Position numbers and translations under genes: made by a program. Positions 21,850 through 33,524 of a DNA stretch of 37,357 nucleotides are shown in pieces. This stretch comes from Squatina squatina (lineage: Eukaryota). The number at the start of each line of letters is the position of its first letter. The first letter of the stretch is position 1. Below the pieces are notes generated by a model, which searched no databases, was not told where the DNA came from, and saw nothing but the letters and a program-made list of their open reading frames with translations. Where the stretch lies: contig JARFOE010000001.1 in the NCBI GenBank assembly GCA_031763465.1, positions 12,402,721 through 12,440,077 on the forward strand, read 5' to 3'.

Positions 21850-21941
21850 ACAAACAAAAATTGATGGAAAAACTCAGCAGGTCAGGCAGCATCTGTGGAG
21901 AGAAAAACAGTCAACGTTTCGGGTCGATGACCCTTCGTCAG
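21850..21941 (-). mobile_element. Penelope-like retroelement terminal (pLTR) fragment
   Basis: GGAAAAACTCAGCAGGTCAGGCAGCATCTGTGGAGAGAAAAACAGTCAACGTTTCGGGTCGATGACCCTTCGTCAG resembles the common chondrichthyan Penelope end as I recall it; runs into a gap. Confidence 0.8.
21908..21941 (-). ncRNA. Minimal type-I hammerhead ribozyme core (partial; 5' strand of stem I falls in the gap)
   Basis: Minus strand CUGACGA-A-GGGUC-AUC-GACCC-GAAA-C-GUU-GACUG: core boxes CUGANGA and GAAA, perfect 5-bp stem II, palindromic AACGUU stem III. Confidence 0.7.
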
Positions 21942-22718
21942 NNNNNNNNNNNNNNNNNNNNNNNNNNNNNNNNNNNNNNNNNNNNNNNNNNNNNNNNNNN
22001 NNNNNNNNNNNNNNNNNNNNNNNNNNNNNNNNNNNNNNNNNCATTGCTGCATCCTTATGAGCAGCAACCCCACCTACTCTCTCATCAAACTTCCCACCCA
22101 GTGCACCCAATCTCCTCCCCGTCCAACTCACACCCCCCACCCCCCAGCACCAACACCGTTGTACTTTCCCTCACCCACAAATGGCTCCCCTTCATAAACA
22201 AAGCTGTTTACTGGGACTGATCTATCTCAACTAATCAATGAGAGAGAAGCTCAGTATGACCAGGTGATTAGCACCATTATCCTCAGCACCATCTTTGAGA
22301 CTCTGGGTAGAGAGCTATTCCATAGGAGTTATCTTGAAGGGTTTAATCTCAGTTTTAGTATTTCAGGCTTTGGCAACCTTCCCTGTGACAAACCTGAAAA
22401 CTGATGAACATATTTGACTAGTTTTTAAATTTAAATCTGTATCTTAAATTTTTCATTTGTATTCAGCATTAACCAGATCTGACAGCTGCAAAATTGATAT
22501 GGGAGAATAATAAAAAGAAATATTTGGCACATAATGAGACTCTGCACATTTTAAATCATCTGCTGAAGCTCCACAAAGGGGGATTTAAATACAGTACTAA
22601 ATCTTTACAGTACCTAGGCTTATAGCACATGCATAGACTGAATACTGATGCTTTATTTCCAATGGATTGTTTCTGAAACTGGCACTTCTTTCCCTTTTAA
22701 AATCATGCAGCACATCAC

Positions 22719-22901
22719 GGGGCTGAATTTAGTCTTGAGCAGGAGCGTAAAACGGACAATAGTGAAGCAGCAGCTCGTTTTGCGCTCTGCTCGCTTTTCT
22801 TTTCTATTCACCTCAGTGGGAAGGAAAATTGGTCGGGTTGTAAACCAGGCTGCTGATTCACTATCGCCCCATTTTGCGTATCGCTCAAGATGAATTTCCC
22901 C
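22719..22901. mobile_element. ~183-bp hairpin MITE (Harbinger-like)
   Basis: Left arm GGGGCTGAATTTAGTCTTGAGC...ATAGTGAAGCAGCAGC pairs with right arm GCTGCTGATTCACTAT...GCTCAAGATGAATTTCCCC along nearly its whole length. Confidence 0.85.
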
Positions 22902-25152
22902 TCCCACCCCACCGCATGCTCATTTACATTCCTATTCGACTTGTGGCAGCATTAGATTTTTCTGCTTCATGCCAACAATAACTAGCAGGCTCCAACTCTC
23001 TTGAGCTTCCCACTACCATAGCAACATCTATGAGCAGTAAAATATTTGAACTCAGCATCACATGCTATAAAAACCTCCATATTACAAATTAAAAGTCTAC
23101 AATGAAAAGCGGCAGGAATTTATCCTTTCAAACTAAAATCACTAGAATGGGTATTATCTCATCATTTATTGTTTAAGTGATGATATTGTGACTTACAACT
23201 GGAGCTGACTACAGTCAAGAGAACCTGGATCAAATATACTCCAAAACTGNNNNNNNNNNNNNNNNNNNNNNNNNNNNNNNNNNNNNNNNNNNNNNNNNNN
23301 NNNNNNNNNNNNNNNNNNNNNNNNNNNNNNNNNNNNNNNNNNNNNNNNNAAGTGGATTTCCTTTAATTGTTAAAGCTACAAGGTTGTTCTTGGAAAATTA
23401 ATTTCTACCAAGCCTGTTCCATCCAGTCAAAACCAGCATTGCATAAGCCAACTTTACAAAAAAGGTACCATTTCAGTGCACATTCACCAATTATTGTATG
23501 ACAAAATGTCTATAATTTATATTGCCCCTTAATACTTATAAATGGAACTATAAATACAACTCAAGGTATGAAGGACACAGTACGAGAATAGCACTTTGCT
23601 GTAAGAATTTATTAATGATTAATATTTCACATGTTCTTAGGAAAAGACTGCAGCTGTTTTTTAAAACTCTGCATTAGCTGGATCTGGTAGTGGAATTGAT
23701 TGAGCTAAAGCAAATTGTAAATCCATTTGTTGGAAATATCACTTATCTGCACTGCAATAAATTAGTCAAATAACTCACCACTTAAAGTGTCAATATGTTT
23801 TCAATCCTTTTCTATCAATCAACTGAAAACCTTTCAGGATGACTTAAAAGGCTTGCAGCAACTAAAAGCACTATTTTTATTTAATCATGGCAGCAGTTAG
23901 AATACATTTTCATGGCTGTTTTTCTGATGGAAGCAAACAATAAATTTTCGCTTTCTGTCAACTCAATATGATGTGTAACTGTTAACTGTGCAGTTAAATA
24001 ATTCTCATAATTTACTTGTCCCATTTTCACAGTGATGTATGCATCCAGATTTCATGACTCTGTTAAAGTGACTGTTGCAATGTCTCAAAACATTTATAAT
24101 CCAATGAACCGTTGAATGTAGTGATAATTAACCCAAAGACTTGGTTAATTGCATGTTGCACATTAGCAATCCAGGAACTGTTCTGATATTGGGTGCTTCA
24201 GCTTTCATTTGTATCCTTTCATTTGTTTCCCCAATCATTTGTGTAAGGGACAATGAATTACTCAATAGGTCCTTGAAGAGAAGGTGACTCAAGGTGGAAT
24301 TCTTAATGGGGGAGGTGATCGTGATTCTAGGAGTCATGGTAACACCACCATTAGTAAGTTCAATGATCAGGTCTCAGGAAGGCAATCTTAGCACAAAAAG
24401 TATCCTTTGTCAATACCATTCACAACANNNNNNNNNNNNNNNNNNNNNNNNNNNNNNNNNNNNNNNNNNNNNNNNNNNNNNNNNNNNNNNNNNNNNNNNN
24501 NNNNNNNNNNNNNNNNNNNNNNNNNNNAAGTATTAATCCTTTTCACATAATGGTGAGTGATATGCAAGCTACTAAATGTACTTATATTGTGTTTTACTTG
24601 ACTGCTTTTTCAAACCTTCAGTGTTAAACCATTCACCTTCAAGGATATTTCCTTCAGCTAATATAGCAGGCATACGTCTAAAAAGAAATAAAAATGAACA
24701 AATTGTTCAGTCTTGTGATGGATTTTATTTCAGATTGCAACACATTGCAATTGTATGATTTATATTACAATTATTACATATACATTAAAGTGATCCATTT
24801 TTGTTTGTTAAATTATTAGCCATGAGAGCTCTAGTTTGTGATATTTCCCTTTCATTACATTCACACAGCTATTTGACATTCAATACCCATCTTCCTTATG
24901 CAAATTGAATTGTTCTGCTGCAAATTACGGTTCATTTATATACAGTCTGCAAAGAACTGCGATTCACTACATAAAACATTATTGGGAAGCCTCTATTATT
25001 TTGGATTAATTCATTATTATTCTGATAAATTCGTTTACTGAATATTATTAATGTTGTAATATTGCAACTGGGCCAGGTTTTACGATGAGAATTACCCTTG
25101 ATTTCTTTGGTTGATAAAAAGTGATTAAAGGTGAAACTATATTTATGCCCTT

Positions 25153-25202
25153 CAACAATAAATTGCATTTATGCAGCACCTTTAACGTAGTAAAACGTCC
25201 CA
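25153..25202 (-). mobile_element. L2 LINE extreme 3' end
   Basis: Reverse complement TGGGACGTTTTACTACGTTAAAGGTGCTGCATAAATGCAATTTATTGTTG; the remainder is lost in the gap. Confidence 0.75.
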
Positions 25203-26488
25203 NNNNNNNNNNNNNNNNNNNNNNNNNNNNNNNNNNNNNNNNNNNNNNNNNNNNNNNNNNNNNNNNNNNNNNNNNNNNNNNNNNNNNNNNNNNNNNNNNN
25301 NNGGACATGCTGTTATGTGTTTATTTTAACTGTTAAGCCATTATTGTGAACACTAATGAAAATTGGTCACAGCTTGAAGGAAATTGCTTCTGTGATGAAT
25401 AGCGACATGGACTGTTGTTCACGTACCGTATTTTATCTAAAGCAAGATGAAGCAGTCAGCTCACACTTGAGGTCATCTTCACTTGGACGAGCTAGTTGAA
25501 AAATATTTGCAGGATAGGGAACAGCAAGAGAAAAATTTGAACATCTGAAAATATCAATATTTGTGGACAAAATGGATTTTGTTTTCAAGGCTGGTTCAAT
25601 TTTTACAGTAATAGGTTTTTAAAAGAACTGAAGGACTGTGAGTTTGTTGGCATCTGCAGTTCTATTTATACCATCAATCATGATACAAGTGAAGTCCAGA
25701 AGTCAGCACTGGAAGTGTTGCCCATAAAATTTGTGTCACTTTTCATCAGACTTTAAAAGAATGAGGCAGATTTAACTTTAAAGGAAGTACTGAAAGTTAA
25801 AGTAATAGTTCATCAAGGTTATAATAAATTATAATAAATTATTTATTTGTTGTTTAGCTAAGATGAATTCATATGCTTATTGCATTATATTGTGTATGGA
25901 ACTATAAAAGCAAATGATGCCATGACATTGAAGCTTCGGNNNNNNNNNNNNNNNNNNNNNNNNNNNNNNNNNNNNNNNNNNNNNNNNNNNNNNNNNNNNN
26001 NNNNNNNNNNNNNNNNNNNNNNNNNNNNNNNNNNNNNNNGGAAGTTTTCCTAATCATATCCTGAGTTTAAAGATATGTAAATTTTCCAAATAAACAGGCT
26101 AAGCAAAATGAGCAAAGGTTAAATTCTGTTTGAAACAAGCTGACACAAACCTTTATTAAACCTTCCATACTACCATTATTAACTGGCTCCAAATCAACAT
26201 GACTATGACAGAACACATCAGCGTATCTAGTATTGTGACCTAATGCAGCTCGAACAAACTCAATATATAACATGTCCTCTAAAAGAGAAAAATAAAGTCA
26301 ATGACAACTCCCATTATATTTTACCTCAAAATGACATAATTCCTGCTGAAAGATCCTCCAGAAATTGGCTTAAGCCTTTTTTGAAAGTGGGATATTTCAC
26401 ACTTCCCAGTTGATACCTCCATTATCATTCCATTGGTCAATTAAAGTTCCGAGTCAACTGCTTCAAGCTGCCACTAGATAACCTTGTT

Positions 26489-26545
26489 CATAAGAAAATA
26501 AGAAATAGGAGCAGGAGTAGGCCATATAGCCCCTTGAGCCTGCTC
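26489..26545 (-). mobile_element. CR1 3' terminal fragment
   Basis: CATAAGAAAATAAGAAATAGGAGCAGGAGTAGGCCATATAGCCCCTTGAGCCTGCTC: octamer tail plus terminal stem-loop. Confidence 0.8.
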
Positions 26546-26704
26546 AATGAACATAACGGATCATATTTTCATTCTAATTGGATTATCCTCCACTTGTAAT
26601 CACATTAGCTACATAATCTTGGGATACAAGTACTCATGAGTTTTATCATGCTCAATAACAAATGGCAAATCTCACCTAATATAAGACATTAAGCACCAGC
26701 ATAA

Positions 26705-26795
26705 CTCAATCAGCAGAAGGTCCTGCATTTGAATTCCAGCAGGGTTCACCCAGCCTTTCATCCTTCTGAGGTGAATAAGATGTATAATGTATCTT
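26705..26795 (+). mobile_element. tRNA-derived SINE fragment of a different family
   Basis: CAGCAGAAGGTCC...TTTGAATTCC (box-B-like) followed by AGGGTTCACCCAGCCTTTCATCCTTCTGAGGT, resembling a central domain found in widely distributed SINEs. Confidence 0.5.
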
Positions 26796-26924
26796 AGGAC
26801 ATGAGAAGAAAGTCCATTGTCAGAGTATCTCTCTTTGAACGTCCCTATCCCTTCAGCACTGTACCCAATATACATTTATGTCCAATGAAAACCATCTTGT
26901 GCATTCTGTCTGCCTATCTCTCTC

Positions 26925-27103
26925 TAGCAGAGATGCATTTAAGGGGAAACTAGGTAAAGACATGGAGAAAGAAATAGAAGGGTATGTTGATCGGGTTAGA
27001 TGAAGAGTGTGGGAGGAGGCTCCTGTGCAGCAACAACACCAGCATGGACCAGTTGTGCCAAATGGCATGTTTCTGTGCTGTAAGTTCTGTGTAACCATGT
27101 AAT
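26925..27103 (+). mobile_element. CR1 3' end (ORF2 C-terminus + 3' UTR)
   Basis: DAFKGKLGKDM followed by ...GGACCAGTTGTGCCAAATGGCATGTTTCTGTGCTGTAAGTTCTGTGTAA tail. Confidence 0.85.
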
Positions 27104-28299
27104 TTCTCTTTCTCTGTGTCAGTCTCTTTCTCTTAATCTCACAGAGCATTATTCTTATAGTGAGAGAAACGTAATCTCACTCTCAGGGTTTAGGACACTA
27201 CTTGAAGTTCTTGACATCTCAGTGCATTGTAACACTCCTGCCTATGTTATGACATGACAGTTCCATTATAATTTTAATGACATATGATCTGGCAACATGA
27301 GCCATATGACAGAACATTAATAGTACATTAGTATCGATAGTGCAGTATTGTTTTACCCTATGAATGTCTGCTGAAAATATGAAGCTTATTTAAGAGCACA
27401 CATCACAAGTCAAAGTATTAGCATTTCTACTGGCACAAATTTATATTTAACTTTTAACAAACTGCATTCCAAAGGAATTAACCTATATTTTAGATAATTT
27501 TATAGTTTTGTTTTAAAAAATGAAATTTCTCGTCGGTGTGTCATTGAGAGCTTGAAATACATATATAAATCAGAGGTAATTCAAAACGAATGGTAGAAAA
27601 ATTATACAACAATTTTCAGATAAAATCATTCAAAAGTTAAATTTGTAACAATTTCTACCGTACTCAGCACTTCCACTTCATTCGAGTTAATTGAAGAGAG
27701 AGTTAAAGTTACAATGGCCCATAATAAAAGTATTTTTAGGTGAGAACAAGTGTAACAGCTAGAAATTATATGCAGGATATATTCTGTTCCTCTTACATCA
27801 AGATTATGTCTGCCAGCATCCCTCAGAAATTCAACTGATCTGCAGTTTCTCGATCAGCCCCTTGCTCAAGTGGCTGAGTGGAATGTAGGCAGGGGTGGTG
27901 ATGGTGGGTGATGATGGTTCCTGGGCAACCTCACTGGAGGGTGTATTAGCACTGGAATCACTTCCCAAAGAGTTTCATTCAATGTATTTCTTAATACTAT
28001 TCTGTTCTCCTATCCTGGATTCAGGTTGAGACGATGTGGCAGAACAGAGGGCAAGATTGTGAACAATATACATTATTTTACATCTTGATCTTTAAGCAAT
28101 AACGCACCAATTTGTTTACTTCAGTTGATGAGTTACTTGACCACTAAAAATATTATTTGCACCAGTAAGTTAAAAGAACTTAAAAGCACGAGCTACTTAA
28201 AATATCGCCAAACGTATTCACAGAGAAATATTTGGATTATGAAATGCTAATAAGGATGTTTCACTTGNNNNNNNNNNTTAAGCCTGTTTCAAAAATTCA

Positions 28300-28744
28300 T
28301 TATTCTCCATCCCTTTCTCTGGCAACTGTCTGAAGCTGAACCAGACTGCTCGCAACCTTGGTGTCATATTTCACCCCGAGATGAGCTTCCTGTCACATCA
28401 CCATTCCATTTCCACTTCTGTAACACCTGTCTCCGCCCTTGCCTCAGCTCATCACCTGCTGAAACCCTCATCCATGCCCTTGTTACCTCTAGACTTGACT
28501 ATTCCAAAACACTCCTGGCCACATTCTACCCTCTGTAAACTTGAGGTCATCTAAAACTCTGCTTCCCGTATCCTAACTCGTACCAAGTCCCATTTACCCA
28601 TCAACCCTGTGCTTGGTGATCTACATTGACACCTGGTTAAGCAATGGCTTGATTTTAAAATTCTTATCCTTGTTTTCAAACTCCTCTGTGGCCTTACCCC
28701 TCCCTATTTCTGTAATCTCCCCCAGCCCTACAACCCCACCACCC
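28300..28744 (+). mobile_element. L2 LINE ORF2 C-terminal fragment, degenerate
   Basis: LNQTARNLGVIFHPEMSF / LRPCLSSSPAETLIHALVTSRLDYS / NSASRILTRTK...PVLGDLH* / DFKILILVFK...PPYFCNL. Confidence 0.92.
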
Positions 28745-28844
28745 NNNNNNNNNNNNNNNNNNNNNNNNNNNNNNNNNNNNNNNNNNNNNNNNNNNNNNNN
28801 NNNNNNNNNNNNNNNNNNNNNNNNNNNNNNNNNNNNNNNNNNNN

Positions 28845-28910
28845 CCTCCCCTTTGCACCATTCCTCTAGCCACGTATTCATCTGATATATCCTGCTATTT
28901 CTACTCTGAC
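28845..28910 (-). mobile_element. CR1 ORF1 esterase fragment
   Basis: RNSRIYQMNTWLEEWCKGE, homologous to RNRRIDQMNAWLERWCRGE at about 400-460. Confidence 0.8.
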
Positions 28911-30324
28911 TGGAAAGAGGAAGGTGTGTTTTTATTTGATAGAATTTATGTGATGTATTAATTCAGGAAATTTGCTGGATTATAGTGATGAATGAACTTC
29001 TGTTGTGTTTAAAATGCAACAGTCCCAGGATAAACATCAGAAGCCACACACCAGCCTAGGTTTCCCAAATATAACACCAACCGTAATGCTTTAAAATGGG
29101 TGGGTACCATTGTGTTAGCTGAAAGCAACAGCACCTGAAATCTAAATTAAGTTCTTCTGGACAATTTTTGGGGTAAATTTGAAGCAACTTTCTGTTACAT
29201 CTCTTTGAATGCGTAAAGAAAAACAGCAGCTCGATCTACAGCATTCTATATGTTCATAATTCACAACAGCTTTGACTAACTAATGAGTAATATTTTTACA
29301 CCAGACACATTTGTCAGTAGCCAGACAAACCAACTGAATGAAAAGTAGTTTACTTTGATACAAATTGTATGTAAACCTCAATTCACAAACCAATTTACCA
29401 CCTGTTAAACTCATTTAGATGCAGCTAAGTGATTGCATGAGAATTAAACACCAGGGGCTGAGTTCTCAGGCTGCACCAGCTGCATAGTAGTTAAGCACTA
29501 GCTGGGACAAAGCACATACTGTACTCTTAATGGGATCCAACACTTAAGCTATACAGTGTAAAATATGAACAATGATCACAGAAGCTGTGAAAACCTGTTG
29601 GTGAAAGGGTTGAGGACATCTTGTATATTTGCTCGCATAATTTAATGAGGAATTTGTAGAAAGGAAGCTATTCTTTTCATTACAGTATAGCTAAATGGGT
29701 TATGGTTAATTGGTACAATGTTGGAAATTGAGGCATAACTGGTCGGCTCCAGCCTCCTTGGGCTGCTGAATTCTCTCAGTACCACATCCTACACAGTTAA
29801 CTTAAAATATCTTGTTTAAAATGTGAAAGGAAACAGCTGTCTTAAGTTTACGAAAAAAAACTTCAAAGCTGTTGAGGGTGCAGTCAAGCCCTTCATTTCG
29901 ATGCGCCGTTTAATCAAACATTGGTGCTTTGTAAACAGCTATTTCTTACATTCTACCAGTCTCTCCAATTATGAGGCACTGAAAAAGGCAAAGGAAAGCC
30001 ACTGTTCAAAGTAGTAATTGTTGAAGAAAGCTGCTTCAAACACAGCCTGTTGCCCTGAAGTCTTTGAATGCACCCAGTGGGATCTTGAATGTGCAACACA
30101 TTCTCTACTAAATGACTTTTGTGTCGGAACCTGAAATTGGTGCTTAACTTTACCATGGGAGATTGGGCAGAACAATTTTAGTTTAATCTGTTTTTCTCTT
30201 TAAATGCCGTCTCTTTTTATTATCGCTAACATTCTTTCCACTTCTGGTGGGGTTTAGTCCCGATAGGTTACCGCTCCATAAACGTGGGTTGCCTTCCAGT
30301 AGCTCATCCAGGCTGCTGTTAATT

Positions 30325-30696
30325 AAGAACATATGAAAATGATGGGCAAGAAAAGGCCAGCTGGTCCATCAGGCCTGCCCCACGCTCGATGCTGGAGCAT
30401 CATGTCTAGACCCTTCCTAGCCCCCCTCCTGCTGCCATGTAATCCCCTGGGAGAGGGAAAAACAGAGAAAAAACCCTGAGGCAATAAGGAAAAAAGTACT
30501 CTGGAGAATTCCCCTTCGAGGTGATCAAAACCAATCCCGGAGATCACATGGTGCATGTGTTTAAAAACCACTTGTCTTCTATATGATGCAATATCTGCCC
30601 CAGTTAAGACCCAGTCCAGCTCCCTCCTGAGGCAATGCAGAGAGTCAGCACCCACCACACCAGCCGGCAACGTATTCCAGAGGCTCGCTACGCACT
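30325..30696 (-). mobile_element. CR1 3' end with long 3' UTR
   Basis: SLWNTLPAGVVGADSLHCLRRELD (CR1 ORF2 C-terminus WNxLP motif), then a 3' UTR ending GATGGACCAGCTGGCCTTTTCTTGCCC...TATGTTCTTA. Confidence 0.85.
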
Positions 30697-30735
30697 CAAA
30701 ACTTCCAGTCTATTCCCACTTTTGCACGTACCCTG

Positions 30736-30881
30736 CAATGTTCCCTCTAATTTTATTTCCCTGTGCGGGCCCTTTAAAGTTGTTGTGTGGCCACATAAGC
30801 GCTGTGTCTCTTCCAGCTGATGAGCAGTCTGCACAGGACCACGCGATCGATATGTGGCTGTGCACCTTAGGGAGAACATCT
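30736..30881. mobile_element. hAT-superfamily MITE (~146 bp) with 8-bp target-site duplication
   Basis: TIRs CAATGTTCCCTCTAA ... TTAGGGAGAACATCT; flanks GTACCCTG (30728-30735) and GTGCCCTG (30882-30889), 7/8 identical. Confidence 0.75.
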
Positions 30882-30992
30882 GTGCCCTGGTCCTCCCCAA
30901 ACTGTCAAACTGGAATAATCTATCAGTAAGCGCCTTATCCTGCCCTTTCATTATGAGGTCTATGTCTAAGGTATCTAAGTCTATGCTGCTGT

Positions 30993-31312
30993 AGAGTCAT
31001 AGAATCATTCAAGGGTTACAGCACAGAGGGAGGCCCTTTGGCCCATCGAGCCTCTGCCAGCTCTCCGCAAGAGGACTTCAGCGAGTCTCACTTCCCCGCC
31101 CTTTCCCCATAGCTCTGCAAATTATTTTCCTTCAGGTACTTATCCAGTTCCATTTTGAAAGCCACGATTGTAACTCCCTCCATCACCCTTTCAGGCAATG
31201 AATTCCAGATCCCAACCACTCGCTGTGTTTATATAAAAAAAAGTTTCTCCTCATGTTGCCTTTGGTTCTTCTGCCAATCACCTTAAATCTGTGTCCTCTG
31301 GTTCTCAACCCT
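30993..31312 (-). mobile_element. CR1 3' end (ORF2 C-terminus + 3' UTR)
   Basis: TQRVVGIWNSLPERVMEGVTIVAFKMELDKYLKENNLQSYGE; terminal GATGGGCCAAAGGGCCTCCCTCTGTGCTGTAA + ATTCTATG tail. Confidence 0.92.
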
Positions 31313-32084
31313 NNNNNNNNNNNNNNNNNNNNNNNNNNNNNNNNNNNNNNNNNNNNNNNNNNNNNNNNNNNNNNNNNNNNNNNNNNNNNNNNNNNNNNNN
31401 NNNNNNNNNNNNCTACAAAAAGGTAAAAAGAAATAATTCTCCAAAGAAATCACTGTTGAAATTTGACATTTGGTAAGTGGTATGCATTAATATTAAACTT
31501 TAAAAGTAGAGCGTTTTAGCTTCAAGTGTAGCAACTTACAACAGAAATGTCCTCATTACAGCCTACAGCCATTCAGTTCACAGCTCGGCAGGTGACAGGA
31601 GCCTTGACATTATATTTATTTCATTCATTCATACCTATTCTCATTCATGGAAAGGAGTGTTCATTGTATTATAAAGCGATATTATACTCCGACTACCTTT
31701 TTATCAACTTTTATTACCGTGGCCATAGCATCTTCTGAATAGCTGGTTTTAAAATGGAATCAATAACTCCAACTAAAGCCAAGCATTTTTCAACATTAAT
31801 ATATCCTTAGGCACCAATTTCAAGGTCTTTTAATTAGGCAGCCTTAAAACCTGTAATGAAAAGTGACTTAAAAAGGTCAGTGTAGTGCTTCTTATCTTGA
31901 TGTTTGTGAGAAATAGTCCTGAGGTCAATTGAATTACGTTGAATCATACTAATGGAGAAAACTCTGTAGATACAAATTTGTTTCNNNNNNNNNNNNNNNN
32001 NNNNNNNNNNNNNNNNNNNNNNNNNNNNNNNNNNNNNNNNNNNNNNNNNNNNNNNNNNNNNNNNNNNNNNNNNNNNNNNNNNNN

Positions 32085-32331
32085 TCAGGTTATGCCAGCT
32101 TTTGATCACCACGGCTCACCAGTGAAAGCGCGCCATGCTGTAATTAGCGTGCTCCCAATTCAAATGGGCTTCATTTACATGGGATTTCCTGCATACCAGA
32201 AGAACAAGAAATGCCCTTAAATACATGCCTAACTGAAGGATCAACATGCTCGAGGCAAGCACTTCCACTGCTGCTGGTCCTGCCAAGTGGGTAAGCAGGG
32301 GAGCACCTACTCATTTTCCACTTCCAGCCCC
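32085..32331. mobile_element. Possible right end of a Harbinger-like element
   Basis: GC-richer block next to a gap, ending CCACTTCCAGCCCC. Weak. Confidence 0.35.
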
Positions 32332-32367
32332 TGATTATCACTCAGGATAGTAAGATGAGGGAAATAT

Positions 32368-33524
32368 AGAGTAAAATTTTAACATGGAGGAGCACGTGGG
32401 ATTGGATGCAATGGGGGAGGTTAAATCAGGCAAAATTCCGAGCGCATCAGGAAACCCACCGACTTCGCATTTCACTGCAGCATGCTGGTGCTGGTGTTGA
32501 TGTTGCTGCGCGTGAGAGTGCATATGCAACCATCACCCCTCCCCCGGGAGAGGCGGTTTTCAACTGAGATATGTTAATTGCCCAATTCGAGCAATAGTGA
32601 CTTGGGTTCTGCAGTTTAACATAAGTCCACGGGTTTCCTGGGCTTCCTGGAACTTGCCAGTGAAAGCAAGGCAAGAACACCATGATAATTGAGGGGCTGA
32701 AGCCATGACAGGAAAATATGCCAATAAGTACTCAGTACACACAACTGCTTTCTCGCCTGCTTGCCTGAAAGGGTTTGTTCATTGCACAGTAAAGAGGTTA
32801 TTTTGCACACTTTGAAGGTGTCATCCACACTTTAGAGGTTTGGAGGTCTGATCTGCACTTTGGAGCTCTGATCTATCAGATCAGAATGGGTACCATTTAC
32901 ACTGTGTTTCTATGGACCTCAGATAAGAACCAAGATGACCAGTAGCAGCACCAGCAGGAGCAGTAACAGCAGCACCAGCAGCAACATCACCACCAGTACA
33001 GCCTGCTGCTCACAGACTTGTAGCTCTGGAGGAGGGAGGGAATCAGCAGAGAGGTGCAGCTTGCACACAGGCTGGGGATAAACTTCCCTGACATGTCAAA
33101 ACACCAGTTTCTCAGGAGGTACAGAGTGTCACGTCAGGTGGTGGCAGACATTTGTAGCCAGCTGGAACAAGACCTGCTGCCAGCTGGACCTGGTGGCCAC
33201 ACTTTACCAGTGGCTGTCAAGGTCACTGTTTTGCCTCTGGATCGTTCCTGGGCTCTGCTGGAGACATTTGCAGGATCTCCCAGTCAGCGCCATAAAATGC
33301 ATATGACTGATGGCTTCTTTGCTAGGACCAACAATTGTGTCAACTTTCCTGTAATGAAGCTAGTCAGAATTATTGAGCACTCGGGTTTGCAGCTCTGGCT
33401 GGCTTCCCGCAGGTGTGGGGCATCAGTGACTGCACACATGTGGCAATTAAGGCACCAATTCATCACCCAGGAGTGTTCGGCAACTGCAAGTGCTTCCACT
33501 CCATCAATGTGTAACCACAAAACG
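32368..33524 (+). mobile_element. Harbinger element, left portion with transposase
   Basis: TIR-like AGAGTAAAATTTTAAC start (approximate), GC-rich subterminal region, then the transposase remnant; ends in a gap. Confidence 0.7.
32886..33524 (+). pseudogene. PIF/Harbinger DDE transposase (N-terminal half), degenerate
   Basis: CAG-rich Gln/His leader (32940-33000); NFPDMSKHQFLRRYRVSRQVVADICSQLEQDLLP...LPVAVKVT; FASGSF..SAGDICRISQS; [25 protein letters not shown] (catalytic D at 33428-33430); [11 protein letters not shown]. Several frameshifts. Confidence 0.9.

Noticed and set aside
21606-21850. Possible solo LTR starting TGTTACGG
   Set aside because: No matching terminal CA with TSD, primer-binding site or second copy identified.
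24128-24380. Minus-strand ORF MTPRITITSPIKN...
   Set aside because: Bounded by stops, with no convincing acceptor/donor or homology.
29953-30175. Overlapping minus-strand ORFs after a TTTCAG acceptor-like site
   Set aside because: Both frames end in stops, with no recognisable product.
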